64,000 nt of DNA, taken from an uncultured delta proteobacterium (lineage in GTDB: Bacteria > Desulfobacterota > Binatia > Binatales > Binataceae). The number at the start of each line of letters is the position of its first letter. Position 1 is the first letter of the stretch. The stretch lies in NCBI GenBank assembly GCA_963794325.1, contig CAWCDG010000004.1, positions 1,632,001-1,696,000 of the forward strand. Direction: 5' to 3'. Below the pieces are notes generated by a model. That model searched no databases and was not told where the DNA came from. It saw nothing but the letters and a program-made list of their open reading frames with translations. The position numbers and the translations under genes were made by a program. This document shows, piece after piece, positions 28,800 through 40,081 of the stretch.

Positions 28800-29654
28800 A
28801 TGCAAACGATCCGCTACCTTGCCACCGACGTTAACGGCCTGAAGATTTCGTATCGCGAAGCGGGTCGGACCGACGCTCCGACATTGCTGTTGTTGCACGG
28901 CTTTCCGACCGCTGGCCACATGTTCCGCGATCTGATTCCACTTCTCGCGGATAGCTTTCATCTTATAGCGCCTGACCTGCCGGGCTTTGGTCAGTCGGAC
29001 CTGCCGCCACGCCACAAGTTCAAATACACGTTCGAGAACCTTGCCGAGACGATTGATAATTTCATCGAAAAAATCGGACTGAAGCGCTTCGCTATCTACA
29101 TCTTTGATTACGGCGCTCCCGTGGGCTTGAGGATTGCTCTAAAGCATCCGGAACGCATATCCGCCATCGTCTCGCAGAACGGCAACGCCTACGAGGAAGG
29201 GTTGAGCGACGGCTGGAACCCGATCCGGGCATATTGGGAAGACTCGTCGCAGGCGAAGCGCGACGCACTCCGCGCCTTTCTCAAGCCCGAGACCACCGTT
29301 TGGCAATACACTCACGGCGTCTCCGACGCGACAAGGGTTTCGCCCGACGGATACTCGCTCGATAATTTCTACCTGGCCCGGCCTGGTGCAGACGAGGCGC
29401 AGCTCGACCTGTTCGGTGACTACAAGACTAACGTCGCGCTTTACCCGAGCCTTCCAGAAGTATTTCCGAGACCACAAGCCGCCACTCCTGGCGGTGTGGG
29501 GAAAGAACGACCCGTTCTTCCTGCCGCCCGGCGCGGAGGCCTTCAAGCGGGATATCCCCGGCGCACTCGTGCGCTTCTTCGATACCGGACACTTCGCGCT
29601 GGAGACGCACGCCGCCGAGATCGCGGCAGCGATCCGCGATTTTCTCTGCGTTAG
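28800..29654 (+). CDS. Alpha/beta hydrolase (epoxide hydrolase-like), indel near 29451; exact 3' end uncertain
   Basis: LLHGFP, PDLPGFGQS, FDYGAP; C-terminal WGKNDPFF...DTGHFALETH lies in the 29386-29742 frame. Confidence 0.83.
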   Translation: MQTIRYLATDVNGLKISYREAGRTDAPTLLLLHGFPTAGHMFRDLIPLLADSFHLIAPDLPGFGQSDLPPRHKFKYTFENLAETIDNFIEKIGLKRFAIYIFDYGAPVGLRIALKHPERISAIVSQNGNAYEEGLSDGWNPIRAYWEDSSQAKRDALRAFLKPETTVWQYTHGVSDATRVSPDGYSLDNFYLARPGADEAQLDLFGDYKTNVALYPSLPEVFPRPQAATPGGVGKERPVLPAARRGGLQAGYPRRTRALLRYRTLRAGDARRRDRGSDPRFSLR

Positions 29655-29723
29655 TTTCCTGACTCGGTGCAAACTTGAACGACGTGGCCTATCAGTTGAT
29701 CGCGCAGCGCGAGGAGAGAACCC

Positions 29724-30422
29724 ATGTCGCGTGAGAATGTGAGCGTCGTGCTGGTGCACGGCGCCTGGGCTGACGGATCGAGCTGGGCCAAAGTCATCGG
29801 GCCGCTGGCTGCCGAAGGCATCAGGGTGCTCGCGGCTCCGTTGCCCCTGACGTCGTTTGCTGAGGATACGGCCGCCGTTGAGCGCACGCTGGAGCGAGCT
29901 TCGGGGCCAGTCGTGCTTGCGGGCCACGCCTACGCTGGGGCTGTGATCGCGGCTGCACGAAGTGAGAAGGTGAAGGCGCTGGTTTACGTCGCTGCCCTTG
30001 CTCCTGACGAGGGCGAGACTGTCGCCGATGTCTTCAATCGTGCCAAGCCTCATCCGCTGGCTCCAAAGTTGACGCCGGACAGTCATGGGCTGATCTATCT
30101 GCCGCACGAGTCATTCGCAGCCGCGTTCGCGCAGAATGCCTCCGCTGATGAGTTGGCGCTGCTATCCGCGGTTCAGCGGCCGATTTCGCCCGCATGCATC
30201 ACGGCGCCTGTGAATCGTCCACTCTGGAAGGACCGCCCAACCTGGTTTCTGATGGCGGAGCAGGACCGCATGATCGTCCACGACACGCAGCGCTTTATGG
30301 CGGAGCGGATGCACGCCAAGGTGCGGTCGCATCCAGTAGATCACGCGCCGATCGTCACTGCGCCTGGCCTCGTCGTCGAGATCATACGCGAGGCCATTGG
30401 GGAGGCGATCGGCGGCGGTTGA
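29724..30422 (+). CDS. Alpha/beta hydrolase (Abhydrolase_6 type)
   Basis: VLVHGAWADGSSW, GHAYAG (Ala at the usual Ser nucleophile), DRMI, DHAP. Confidence 0.88.
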   Translation: MSRENVSVVLVHGAWADGSSWAKVIGPLAAEGIRVLAAPLPLTSFAEDTAAVERTLERASGPVVLAGHAYAGAVIAAARSEKVKALVYVAALAPDEGETVADVFNRAKPHPLAPKLTPDSHGLIYLPHESFAAAFAQNASADELALLSAVQRPISPACITAPVNRPLWKDRPTWFLMAEQDRMIVHDTQRFMAERMHAKVRSHPVDHAPIVTAPGLVVEIIREAIGEAIGGG

Positions 30423-30756
30423 TTACCTTCGTTGTGTATGCGCCGCGAGCAGCGGTTTCTCGTCGCGATCTATTTGGGCGCAAACAAGTTCGACCGGTTT
30501 TCGCATCGACAACCGCAAAAGTTGGAGCTGATAGTTGGCGAGGTGCAGCCTTATCGCGCGTAAACTCAACTCAGTTTGCGTCAAAAGTTTCGCGCATTCC
30601 GGCACTTCGCTCATCCATCGAGCTTAGGCCGATGAGGCGCGCGTCCCCAAATCTCAGAGGTTCCAGAGAGAACATATTTATTATTTGTATTGTAGCTTTT
30701 GACACAGGGAGAGGATTCGCGGTTGAAGTTTCACGCATGTTGCTCGAAGCCCGGAA

Positions 30757-30812
30757 CCCTCACCTACCGGCGGCTGCGCCCGCCGGCCTCCTCTCCCGTG
30801 TAACGGGCGAGG
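30757..30812 (+). repeat. REP-like family B copy
   Basis: CCCTCACC...CCTCTCCCGTGTAACGGGCGAGG, two hairpins. Confidence 0.7.
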
Positions 30813-30842
30813 TAAGATTCGGACGCTTTCTTCCCAAAAGTT

Positions 30843-30906
30843 CTAACAGGGACGAAGTCCCGCATCTTCGTTTTGTATAGATACTGGGTGCAGGGGTCAC
30901 CCCTGC
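30843..30906 (+). repeat. Two-hairpin repeat family C copy 1
   Basis: CTAACAGGGACGAAGTCCCGCATCTTC + spacer + ATACTGGGTGCAGGGGTCACCCCTGC; both blocks recur exactly at 61273-61330. Confidence 0.88.
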
Positions 30907-32034
30907 TAATTCGGTACGCTGTCGGCGTCGCCTTTGCGGACGCCCATCAGGTAGGCTTGGATGAACTCGTCGATCGCGCCGTCGAGCACTGCGCTGGTGT
31001 TGCCGACCTCGACGCCGGTGCGATGGTCCTTAACCATCTGGTAGGGCTGCAGCACGTACGAACGAATCTGGCTGCCCCACGCAATTTCTTTTTTGTCCTT
31101 GCTGAATTTCTCGAGCTCTTCTTTTTTCTTGCGCTGCTCGAGTTCGAACAATCGCGCGCGCAATATCTTCATCGCCATCGCGCGGTTCTTATGCTGCGAG
31201 CGCTCATTCTGGCAGGTGACGACAATATTGGTCGGGAGATGGGTAAAGCGCACCGCCGAGTCGGTCTTGTTGACGTGCTGGCCGCCCGCGCCCGACGCGC
31301 GAAACGTATCGATTCGCAAATCAGCGGGATTGATCACTATCTCGATATCGTCATCGACCTCGGGGAAGACAAACACCGATGCGAATGACGTATGCCGCCG
31401 CGCGTTCGAGTCGTACGGCGAGATTCGCACCAGCCGATGTATCCCCGCCTCGGCCCGCAGATATCCGTAGGCGAAGTCGCCCTCGACCGTGACCGTCGCG
31501 CTCTTGATTCCCGCGCCGTCACCCGGCTGCAAGTCCGCAATCTCGGTTTTGAAGCCGCGCCGCTCGGCCCATCGCAGATAAAGCCGCAGGAGCATCTCGG
31601 CCCAGTCCTGCGCCTCCTGACCGCCGGCGCCCGGATGTATCGAAAGGATCGCGCCGAGGCGATCGTACTCGCCGCTCAGCATCAGCCGCAGCTCCTGGCG
31701 ATCGAGCTCGGCCCGCGATGCGTCGAGGGCGGACGCCGTCTCGCGGGCCGCTTCGGAATCCTCGCCACCTTCTTCTTCGGCCATCTGCAGGAACACGCGC
31801 GCCTCGTCGAGCTTGTCGCGCAGCATCTTGTAGCCCGCGAGCTGAGCGCGAATCTGTTCCTGCTCCTTGAGCGCGGCCTGCGCGGTCTCCTGTCTGTCCC
31901 AGAAGTCGGGCTTGGCGGATTGTTCGATAAGCTGGTTCTGGCGGGCGGTCAGTGCGGGGACGTCAAAGACGCCTCCCGAGCTTTTCGGCGCGGTCGTCGA
32001 ACTCGGAAAGCTGCTGTCTCATGTCGCTGAGCAT
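30906..32034 (-). CDS. prfB: Peptide chain release factor 2 (programmed +1 frameshift)
   Basis: GAGGQHVNKTDSAVR, RISPY (SPF-type) motif, WGSQIRSY; first frame ends CTT TGA C. Confidence 0.97.
31962..31977 (-). promoter_or_regulatory. RF2 autoregulatory frameshift site
   Basis: GGGAGG CGT CTT TGA C on the minus strand: internal SD, slippery Leu codon and UGA. Confidence 0.95.
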
Positions 32035-32101
32035 CTTAAGTCACACCTCACGCCGGCGTCATCCGGCGACTCGCGTATTATGCCATGAAGCGGAGCCCGG
32101 A

Positions 32102-33727
32102 TTAATGGGGTTTGCCGTTGGCTGGAATCTGTCGCGATCGTGGCGTCTCGACTTCCAGCGTCGCGGGTCGCGGCCATCGCCAAGCCACGATCAATCCAAT
32201 CGCCGTCAGGACGAAACAAATCTCCGCGAACAAATCGCCTACGATTGTGTAGAGCGTCCGCACCGGCCGCCACGCCACCTTCACGACGACCATGCCGCGT
32301 TCGAATAGCGGCGTGCGATTCGTGATTAGTCCTGACGGCTCAATCAGCGCGCTGAACCCGGTGTTCGCCACCCGCACCATCGGGACCTTGGTCTCGACCG
32401 AACGCATCGTTGCCATCGCGAGCACCTGGTATGGTGCCGAACTCTCGCCGTACCACGCATCGTTGGTGATATTCACGAGCACGTCGGCGCCCGCATTTAC
32501 CTCCCGCCGCGTAAGGTCCGGGAAAATACTCTCGTAGCAGATCAAAATTCCGAGTTTCGCGCCCCGGAAATCGAACAGCGTCTGTTCCTTGCCGGGAATC
32601 AAATCGCCGAAACCGTTCACAATTTTATTGACGAAGTAACCGAGGATCGCGCGGGCGGGGACATACTCGCCGAACGGCACCAGCTCGATCTTGTCGTAAT
32701 ATGCGTCAACCTCGCCCTTGCCCTCGGCCGACACCAGGTATGCGCGATTGTAAAATCCCAGCCGGCCATCGGCACGCGCCAGCGCCGGCGCGCCGAACAG
32801 TATCGGCTCGTGCTGGTTCTTGGCGAGCGTCAACAGCGCGGTGCGATATTCGGCGTCGCCTGCGAGCGCCGCGGGGTATTGATCATCCGGCTGAAACAGG
32901 AACGCAGCCGCTGCCTCCGGCCAGACGACCAGGTCGGCGCCGCGTTTCGCCGCGTCCGCGGTTTCATCCTGATAAACGCCGTAGCTCTGCGGCAGGAACT
33001 TTGGATCCCACTTGAGCGATTGCGGGATGTTCCCTTGCACCATCGCGACCTTGAAATTTCCCGCGCTCTGCGCGCTTTTGAGATCGCTGATACGCCACGC
33101 GCCGAACGCGACCAGCGCGATCATCATCGCGGTAAGGGTGCTCAGGCTGATGGTCTGCAGGCGATAAGCGCCGCGCCGGGAAACGACGACGTAAACGACC
33201 GCGTTGAAAAAAACGATCAGCGCGGAAACCCCGTACACTCCCGTGAATTCGGCGAATTGGATCAACTCAAGATTTTTGTACGCAGCGTAGCCGAGCAGAT
33301 TCCACGGGAAAGCGACAGGGACATAAGTGCGAAACCACTCGATCGCCGTCCACGCCACCGGCATCGTGATCACGATCGGGATTCGCGTGCGTCGCGCTAC
33401 AAATTCGCCCGCCCAGATCGCGACCGCGGTGTTGATCGCAACGATGGCGGCCAACGCCAGCATCGGGAAGATCGCGTACAGCATCGGCACGTCGGCGAAG
33501 TCGTGCAGCGGAATCGGAATCCAGTAGAGCGACACGAGGTACGAGGCGAATCCTTGCAGATACGCCCACCAGAATACGCGCCGCATGCTCTCGCCTTCGA
33601 CCGCGTAGAACAGCGGCACCAACGCAACCCACGCCAGCAGTCCGTAGTCGAACTTCGGGAATGCCAGCCCCATCGCGAGGCCGCTGGCTACGGCGAGCGC
33701 CGCGCGCGATGCGTTGTTGGACGACAT
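32102..33727 (-). CDS. lnt: Apolipoprotein N-acyltransferase
   Basis: FPWNLLGY, VQGNIPQ, WPE, KIELVPFGEY, ICYE, NDAW, ANTG. Confidence 0.95.
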   Translation of the reverse strand: MSSNNASRAALAVASGLAMGLAFPKFDYGLLAWVALVPLFYAVEGESMRRVFWWAYLQGFASYLVSLYWIPIPLHDFADVPMLYAIFPMLALAAIVAINTAVAIWAGEFVARRTRIPIVITMPVAWTAIEWFRTYVPVAFPWNLLGYAAYKNLELIQFAEFTGVYGVSALIVFFNAVVYVVVSRRGAYRLQTISLSTLTAMMIALVAFGAWRISDLKSAQSAGNFKVAMVQGNIPQSLKWDPKFLPQSYGVYQDETADAAKRGADLVVWPEAAAAFLFQPDDQYPAALAGDAEYRTALLTLAKNQHEPILFGAPALARADGRLGFYNRAYLVSAEGKGEVDAYYDKIELVPFGEYVPARAILGYFVNKIVNGFGDLIPGKEQTLFDFRGAKLGILICYESIFPDLTRREVNAGADVLVNITNDAWYGESSAPYQVLAMATMRSVETKVPMVRVANTGFSALIEPSGLITNRTPLFERGMVVVKVAWRPVRTLYTIVGDLFAEICFVLTAIGLIVAWRWPRPATLEVETPRSRQIPANGKPH

Positions 33728-33729
33728 CG

Positions 33730-34284
33730 TCAGGCGGCTGTCGCGAACATCTCGGCTATCGGAATCACGCCGGCGCATGGCGGCCGGCCGTCGAAGCGCT
33801 CGAAAATCTCGTCCACGTCCTTCCAGGTCTCGACCAGTGCGGCCGCGAGCGGCGGCTCGAACGCGAGATCACCGGCGACGCGCCACTCGCGCTCGAAGCT
33901 CCAGTCGACCGGCGGAGTCTTGTCGATCTCAAGCGATACCACGCGCCAACTCTCTTCCGCCGCGAGGATTTTTTCAGCCTCGCGCCATGGCAGGTAGATA
34001 ACCGGTCGCGCGCCCATCGTGAAAGCATACCGTTTGTCGATGGCGATCCCGAATGGTTCATAGCGGCGGCGATTGCGCCGGTCGAGAATCGTGCGCAGCT
34101 CGGCAATCGGAACGTCGAACATGCAGACCGCCGGACGCGCGCCGCGAATCATCCGGCTGCCGCCGCGAATCACGCCATCCTTGAGAATCGCCACGAGGTT
34201 GTCCAGCGCCGTCGCGGACGCCGAGGCGCGCGTGAAATGCGTCAGCATCGCGACCGCGGGGATCTTTGCCGGCGCGCGCTTCAT
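33730..34284 (-). CDS. AbiGi-like putative ADP-ribosyltransferase-fold protein
   Basis: LTHFT..NLVAILKDG, VCMFDVP, YEPFGIAIDK, GARPVIY, DWSFEREWR; ATGA-coupled to ybeY. Confidence 0.68.
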   Translation of the reverse strand: MKRAPAKIPAVAMLTHFTRASASATALDNLVAILKDGVIRGGSRMIRGARPAVCMFDVPIAELRTILDRRNRRRYEPFGIAIDKRYAFTMGARPVIYLPWREAEKILAAEESWRVVSLEIDKTPPVDWSFEREWRVAGDLAFEPPLAAALVETWKDVDEIFERFDGRPPCAGVIPIAEMFATAA

Positions 34285-34763
34285 CGCGACGATACGCGCC
34301 TTTCAGTAATCTTCGCCGCCAGGGTTCGTTCGCGCGCGAACATTCGCCGCGCGTCGGTCGCCGAGCGTTCGTGGTCGTAACCGATCAGATGCAGGAATCC
34401 GTGAACCAGGAGCCGGCGGAGACGCGCCGCCGCGCTTACGCGATACTCACGTGCCTGGCGAAGTGCGGTGTCGATCGAGATGACCACGTCGCCGACCGGA
34501 AGTCCCGGACTGTTCTTCACATCGCGGGGATCCGGTGGCGCACTGCCGGCCTGTTCGATCTGCGAGAAGGAGAGAACGTCGGTGGGCGTGTCGATTCCGC
34601 GGTAGTCACGATTGAGCCTGCGGATTGCGCGATCGGAAGTAAGCGTGAGCGACAATTCGCATTCGGCAAGGCCCGCCGCGCGCATCAGGCGGTCCGCATC
34701 GGCGCGAAGCCCGCGCGCGTAGCTGCGTCCGCGCGCCGTCGCGCATCGGAACTCGACCGCCAC
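34281..34763 (-). CDS. ybeY: rRNA maturation endoribonuclease YbeY
   Basis: LNRDYRG..PTDVLSF, GDVVIS, HGFLHLIGYDH. Confidence 0.95.
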   Translation of the reverse strand: MAVEFRCATARGRSYARGLRADADRLMRAAGLAECELSLTLTSDRAIRRLNRDYRGIDTPTDVLSFSQIEQAGSAPPDPRDVKNSPGLPVGDVVISIDTALRQAREYRVSAAARLRRLLVHGFLHLIGYDHERSATDARRMFARERTLAAKITERRVSSR

Positions 34764-34767
34764 CGAT

Positions 34768-35787
<1,020 letters not shown>

Positions 35788-35904
35788 TGTAGGGGCCTCT
35801 TGAGGTACTGATTTCGTGTCTGTCGCCCGCCGGTCGGCATTCGTTCAATCACCGGCGAAGCTAATGGTAATCATTTCGTCAGTCGTATGAAAGTGCTCGA
35901 AAAA

Positions 35905-38556
35905 TTATTGAACCAGTGATGCGACCTTCGCCAGCGCTTCGTCGAGCTTCGATGCGTCGCGGCCGCCGGCTTGGGCCAGGTCGGGGCGGCCGCCGCCGGT
36001 GCCGCCGACTATCGGCGCGATATTCTTGATGATGTCGCCGGCTTTGATTTTCGATGTCAGGTCGGGGGTCACCGCGACCAGCAGCGCGACCTTGCCGTCG
36101 CCGAGATCGGAGCCGAGCGCGACTACGGCGGAGCCGTGCTTCTGGCGCATCCGATCGGCTATCTCGCGCATCGTGCGCGGATCGACGCCGTCGAGTTTGC
36201 GTGTCACCACCTTCACGCCGTTGACGTTGAGTACATTCTCTTCGTCGGCCGCGCCGCCGGTTCCTGAAGCCAGCTTCTGTTCCATCGCGCGCAGCTTCTT
36301 CTCGAGCTCCTTTTCGCGGGCGAGCAGTTTTTCCAGACGCTCGACAGCCGCGCCGTCGCGGGCGCCGAGCTGCGCGCCGATTTCTTCGAGAATTTTTTCG
36401 CGCTTGCGGATTGTTTCGAGAGCACCTTGTCCCGTCACCGCCTCGATTCGACGAACGCCCGCGGCAACGCCGGATTCGGCTTCGAGCTTGAACATCCCGA
36501 CGTCGCCGGTGCGCGAGATGTGCGTACCGCCGCATAGCTCGACCGAAAAATCGCCCATCCTGACCACGCGCACGCGGTCGCCGTACTTGTCGCCAAAGAA
36601 TGCGAGCGCGCCCGCCTTGAGCGCGTCGTCGTAGGCCATCTCCTCGACCGTTACCGCGGCGTTCTCGCGGATGCGCGCGTTGATCTCTTCCTCGATGGTC
36701 GCGAGCGCATCGTCCTTGACCGGACCTTGATGCGCGAAGTCGAAGCGCAGCTTGTCGGGATCGACCAGCGATCCCGCCTGATGCACCGAACTGCCGAGCA
36801 CGTCGCGCAGTGCGTAGTGAAGGATGTGAGTCGCGGAGTGATTCAGCATCGCAGCGTCGCGCCGGAGCCGATCGACCTTGAGCTTGACCCGCGCGCCGCG
36901 GGCGAAGTCTGTAGCCTCACCGCGTAAAATCCGCCCGACGTGAACGATCGAGCCTTCGGCCTTGCGCGTGTCCGACACTTCGAGCAGCGCACCCGACGCG
37001 GATTCGATCACGCCGCGGTCTCCGACTTGCCCGCCACCCTCGGGATAGAAGGGCGTCTCCGCGACGACGATTGCAAGCTGATCTATGTCTTTGCCACCGG
37101 ACGCGAGCACTTCGGACTCGCCTTCGTAGCTGTGGTAGCCGACGAATCGCGATGCAGTACCAGCGCCGAGACTGATCTCAGGCGCGACGGCATCGTCTTT
37201 GCGCGCGGCGCGTCCGCGTTCCTTCTGCTCGCCCATCAGGCGGTTGAAGCCCTCGACGTCCACCTCGATCGAATGATTGCGCAGCACGTCCTCGGTGAGA
37301 TCGAGCGGAAACCCATACGTATCGTAAAGCTTGAACGCTACATCGCCGGGCAGCGTGTGACCGCCGCTCTTCTTGATGCGCGCGAGTTCGGTGTCGATCA
37401 GTTCCAGGCCGCGATCGAGAGTCTCTCCAAAGCGCGCTTCTTCCTGCGTGATCACTTCGGCCGTCCTTGCGGCGACCTTTTTGATCTCGGGATACGCGTC
37501 GCCCATCGCCTCGACGACGCCCGCATGCACAGTCGCGAGAAACGGGCGATGGATTCCGAGATAGCGGCCGTGACGCGCAGCCCGCCGAATGATCCGCCGC
37601 AGTACGTACTCGCGATCGGTGTTGCCGGGCGTGACGCCGTCGGCAATGAGGAAGGTCATCGTGCGCGCATGATCGGCAATCGCGCGATAAGAGATGTCGC
37701 TCTCCGGGTTCTTGCCCCCATCGCCGAGCTCCTTCGCGGCTATCTCAATTTTCTTGATGATCGTCTGAAACAGATCGATCTCGTAGTTGCCGAGAATCTT
37801 GCCGGTCTCGATACCCTGCATCGCGGCCGCGATACGTTCGAGTCCCGATCCGGTGTCGACGTGCTTTTTCGCCAGCGGATTCAGCTTGCCCGACGCATCG
37901 CGGTTGTACTGGATGAAAACGAGATTGCCCATCTCGATGAAGCGCTCGCATCCATCGACATTCACGAAACATTTCTCGCCTGCGTGATTCTTTTCAGGAC
38001 TGCATGCGCCCTCGCCGCGGTCGATGCTGATCTCAGAGCACGGACCGCATGGACCCGTCTCACCCATCTCCCAGAAATTTTCCTTGTCGCCGAATTGCAG
38101 AATCCGCTCTGGCGGAAGGACTCCGAGCTTCAGCCAGATTTCCTCGGACTCTTTGTCGTCCTTGTGAACGGTCGCGTAAAGCAGCTTCGGATCGATTTCC
38201 CAGACCTTGGTGATGAGCTCCCAATGCCATCGAATCGCTTCTTCCTTGTAGTAGTCGCCGAACGACCAGTTCCCGAGCATCTCGAAAAACGTGTGATGGT
38301 AAGTGTCGCGGCCGACCGCCTCGAGATCATTATGCTTGCCCGAAATGCGCAGGCATTTCTGAACGTCCACGACGCGCAGATGCTGCGGCGTCCGCACGCC
38401 GAGGAAATAATCCTTGAACGGAACCATCCCGGCGTTGACGAACAGCAGGGTGGGATCGCCCTTGGGAATCAGCGACGCCGACGGCACGATCGTATGGCCG
38501 CGCTCAGCGAAGAAATCGAGAAACGATTGTCGAATTTTTGCGGTAGTCCAGCGCAT
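35905..38556 (-). CDS. alaS: Alanine--tRNA ligase
   Basis: DPTLLFVNAGMVPFK, HHTFFEMLGNWSFGDY, NHSATH, ELCGGTH, GGGRP. Confidence 0.98.
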   Translation of the reverse strand: MRWTTAKIRQSFLDFFAERGHTIVPSASLIPKGDPTLLFVNAGMVPFKDYFLGVRTPQHLRVVDVQKCLRISGKHNDLEAVGRDTYHHTFFEMLGNWSFGDYYKEEAIRWHWELITKVWEIDPKLLYATVHKDDKESEEIWLKLGVLPPERILQFGDKENFWEMGETGPCGPCSEISIDRGEGACSPEKNHAGEKCFVNVDGCERFIEMGNLVFIQYNRDASGKLNPLAKKHVDTGSGLERIAAAMQGIETGKILGNYEIDLFQTIIKKIEIAAKELGDGGKNPESDISYRAIADHARTMTFLIADGVTPGNTDREYVLRRIIRRAARHGRYLGIHRPFLATVHAGVVEAMGDAYPEIKKVAARTAEVITQEEARFGETLDRGLELIDTELARIKKSGGHTLPGDVAFKLYDTYGFPLDLTEDVLRNHSIEVDVEGFNRLMGEQKERGRAARKDDAVAPEISLGAGTASRFVGYHSYEGESEVLASGGKDIDQLAIVVAETPFYPEGGGQVGDRGVIESASGALLEVSDTRKAEGSIVHVGRILRGEATDFARGARVKLKVDRLRRDAAMLNHSATHILHYALRDVLGSSVHQAGSLVDPDKLRFDFAHQGPVKDDALATIEEEINARIRENAAVTVEEMAYDDALKAGALAFFGDKYGDRVRVVRMGDFSVELCGGTHISRTGDVGMFKLEAESGVAAGVRRIEAVTGQGALETIRKREKILEEIGAQLGARDGAAVERLEKLLAREKELEKKLRAMEQKLASGTGGAADEENVLNVNGVKVVTRKLDGVDPRTMREIADRMRQKHGSAVVALGSDLGDGKVALLVAVTPDLTSKIKAGDIIKNIAPIVGGTGGGRPDLAQAGGRDASKLDEALAKVASLVQ

Positions 38557-38776
38557 GGAGTCCTGATTGTAGCTGGGGAAGGGTAAATCACTCAATTGAA
38601 CGCGAAAGCTTGACCTGCCCCATGTTATCTACCACCCACAATGAGAGACTGGGTGGAGTTGCTGGTAGGAATTTTTCGTCCTCGCCCTTCACTCGGCTTA
38701 AGGACGAGGCGAAAAAGAAGAGGGCCGCGGGTTCATCAACCGGCGGCCCTCGATCGATCATGCTAACTCGTCGCGA

Positions 38777-39904
38777 TCAGCCTAGCAGCGATTTTGCCAC
38801 TGTCTCGCGATGCACTGGGGCGTTGCCGAAGTTTGCTTCGCCGGCCAGGGCCCGGCGATGGTACAGATGCATGTCGTGCTCCCAGGTGAAGCCGATGCCG
38901 CCGTGGACCTGGATTGCTTCCGAGGTCACGTTCTTTGCCATGTCGGACGCATACGCTTTCGCCATCGGGACCGCAGTCGCCGCTTCCGCGCCCTTCGTAT
39001 CGACGGTCCAGCACGCGTAGTAGGTCAGCGAGCGGGAGTTCTCGACCGCGACCATCATATCGACGCACTTGTGCTTGACGGCCTGGAACGATCCGATCGG
39101 CTTGCCGAATTGCACGCGCGTCTTGGCGTATTCGACCGACATGTCGAGCGCCTTCTGCGCGGTGCCGACCATCTCGGCCGCAAGGCCCGCCGTCGCGATG
39201 TCGAGCGTGCGCCGCAGAATCGGCCATCCCTCGCCTTCCTTGCCGACGACTTCCGAGGTTTTCACATTGTCGAATTTCACGTGGCACAGCCGCCGCGTCA
39301 TATCGACAGTCTTGAGCTGGGTGATCGTAATCCCCGGCGCCTTCGCATTCATCGCAAGGATCGTGATTCCCTTTTCGCCGCTGCCGCCGGTGCGGACGGC
39401 GACTGCCATCCCGTTTGCGACGTGCGCGTCCGGGACGAAGAACTTCTCGCCGGTGATCGTGTATTCGTTGCCGGTCTTGGTGGCCTTGAGCTGGATTCCC
39501 TCGGCGTCGAAGCGTCCCGCAGCTTCGGCGATCGCGACGGTGCCGATGAACTCGCCCTTCGCCATCCGAGGAAGGATATCTTTCTTCTGCTGGTCCGATC
39601 CGCCTTCAATCAGCAGCGGCGCCGCGAGCAGCGCGGAGGTGAAGAAGGGACCCGGCACGAGCGCTTTGCCGGCTTCTTCGATGACCACCGTCATGTCGAG
39701 GAAGCTGCCGCCCTGGCCGCCGTAACTTTCGGGGATGAGCAGCCCCGGCCATCCGAGGTCGACCAGCTTCTTCCAGAAAGCGGGGTCGTGCGCGGTCGCG
39801 TCCGCCATCATCTGGCGGACAAACTTGGTCGGGCAGTTGTCGGCCAGAAAGCGCTTGGCCGCGTCCCGAAGCATCTCTTGTTCTTCAGAAAATCCGAAAT
39901 CCAA
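38777..39904 (-). CDS. Acyl-CoA dehydrogenase family protein
   Basis: (M)DFGFSEEQ with TTG start after GGAGG; RVQFGKPIGSFQAVKH, QVHGGIGFTWE. Confidence 0.93.
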   Translation of the reverse strand: MDFGFSEEQEMLRDAAKRFLADNCPTKFVRQMMADATAHDPAFWKKLVDLGWPGLLIPESYGGQGGSFLDMTVVIEEAGKALVPGPFFTSALLAAPLLIEGGSDQQKKDILPRMAKGEFIGTVAIAEAAGRFDAEGIQLKATKTGNEYTITGEKFFVPDAHVANGMAVAVRTGGSGEKGITILAMNAKAPGITITQLKTVDMTRRLCHVKFDNVKTSEVVGKEGEGWPILRRTLDIATAGLAAEMVGTAQKALDMSVEYAKTRVQFGKPIGSFQAVKHKCVDMMVAVENSRSLTYYACWTVDTKGAEAATAVPMAKAYASDMAKNVTSEAIQVHGGIGFTWEHDMHLYHRRALAGEANFGNAPVHRETVAKSLLG

Positions 39905-40081
39905 CTTACGTGCCTCCGTTTTGTCGATAGGAATCCGGCGGCTGAAACCGCTCAGATCCATGTTTCAGGTACCATTAAGGCTTTCAGGCGTGCAAGCGCC
40001 GGGAATCCCTCGAAGACCGCAGTTCGTCCGCTTGATTCGCGCGCGGCAACCGCGACAATGGACTCCGGTTCGGTGAAAAGT

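Noticed and set aside
30423-30756. AT-richer spacer as a small gene or ncRNA
   Set aside because: No convincing ORF, SD or recognisable RNA motif
31962-31977. In-frame stop early in prfB as pseudogene or novel recoding
   Set aside because: It is the well-known RF2 programmed +1 frameshift (SD-CTT-TGA-C)
36940-38586. 548-aa plus-strand ORF
   Set aside because: Antisense shadow of alaS
38810-40081. Long N-terminal extension making a 681-aa methyltransferase fusion
   Set aside because: The extension is antisense to the acyl-CoA dehydrogenase; the recognisable domain starts at 40082
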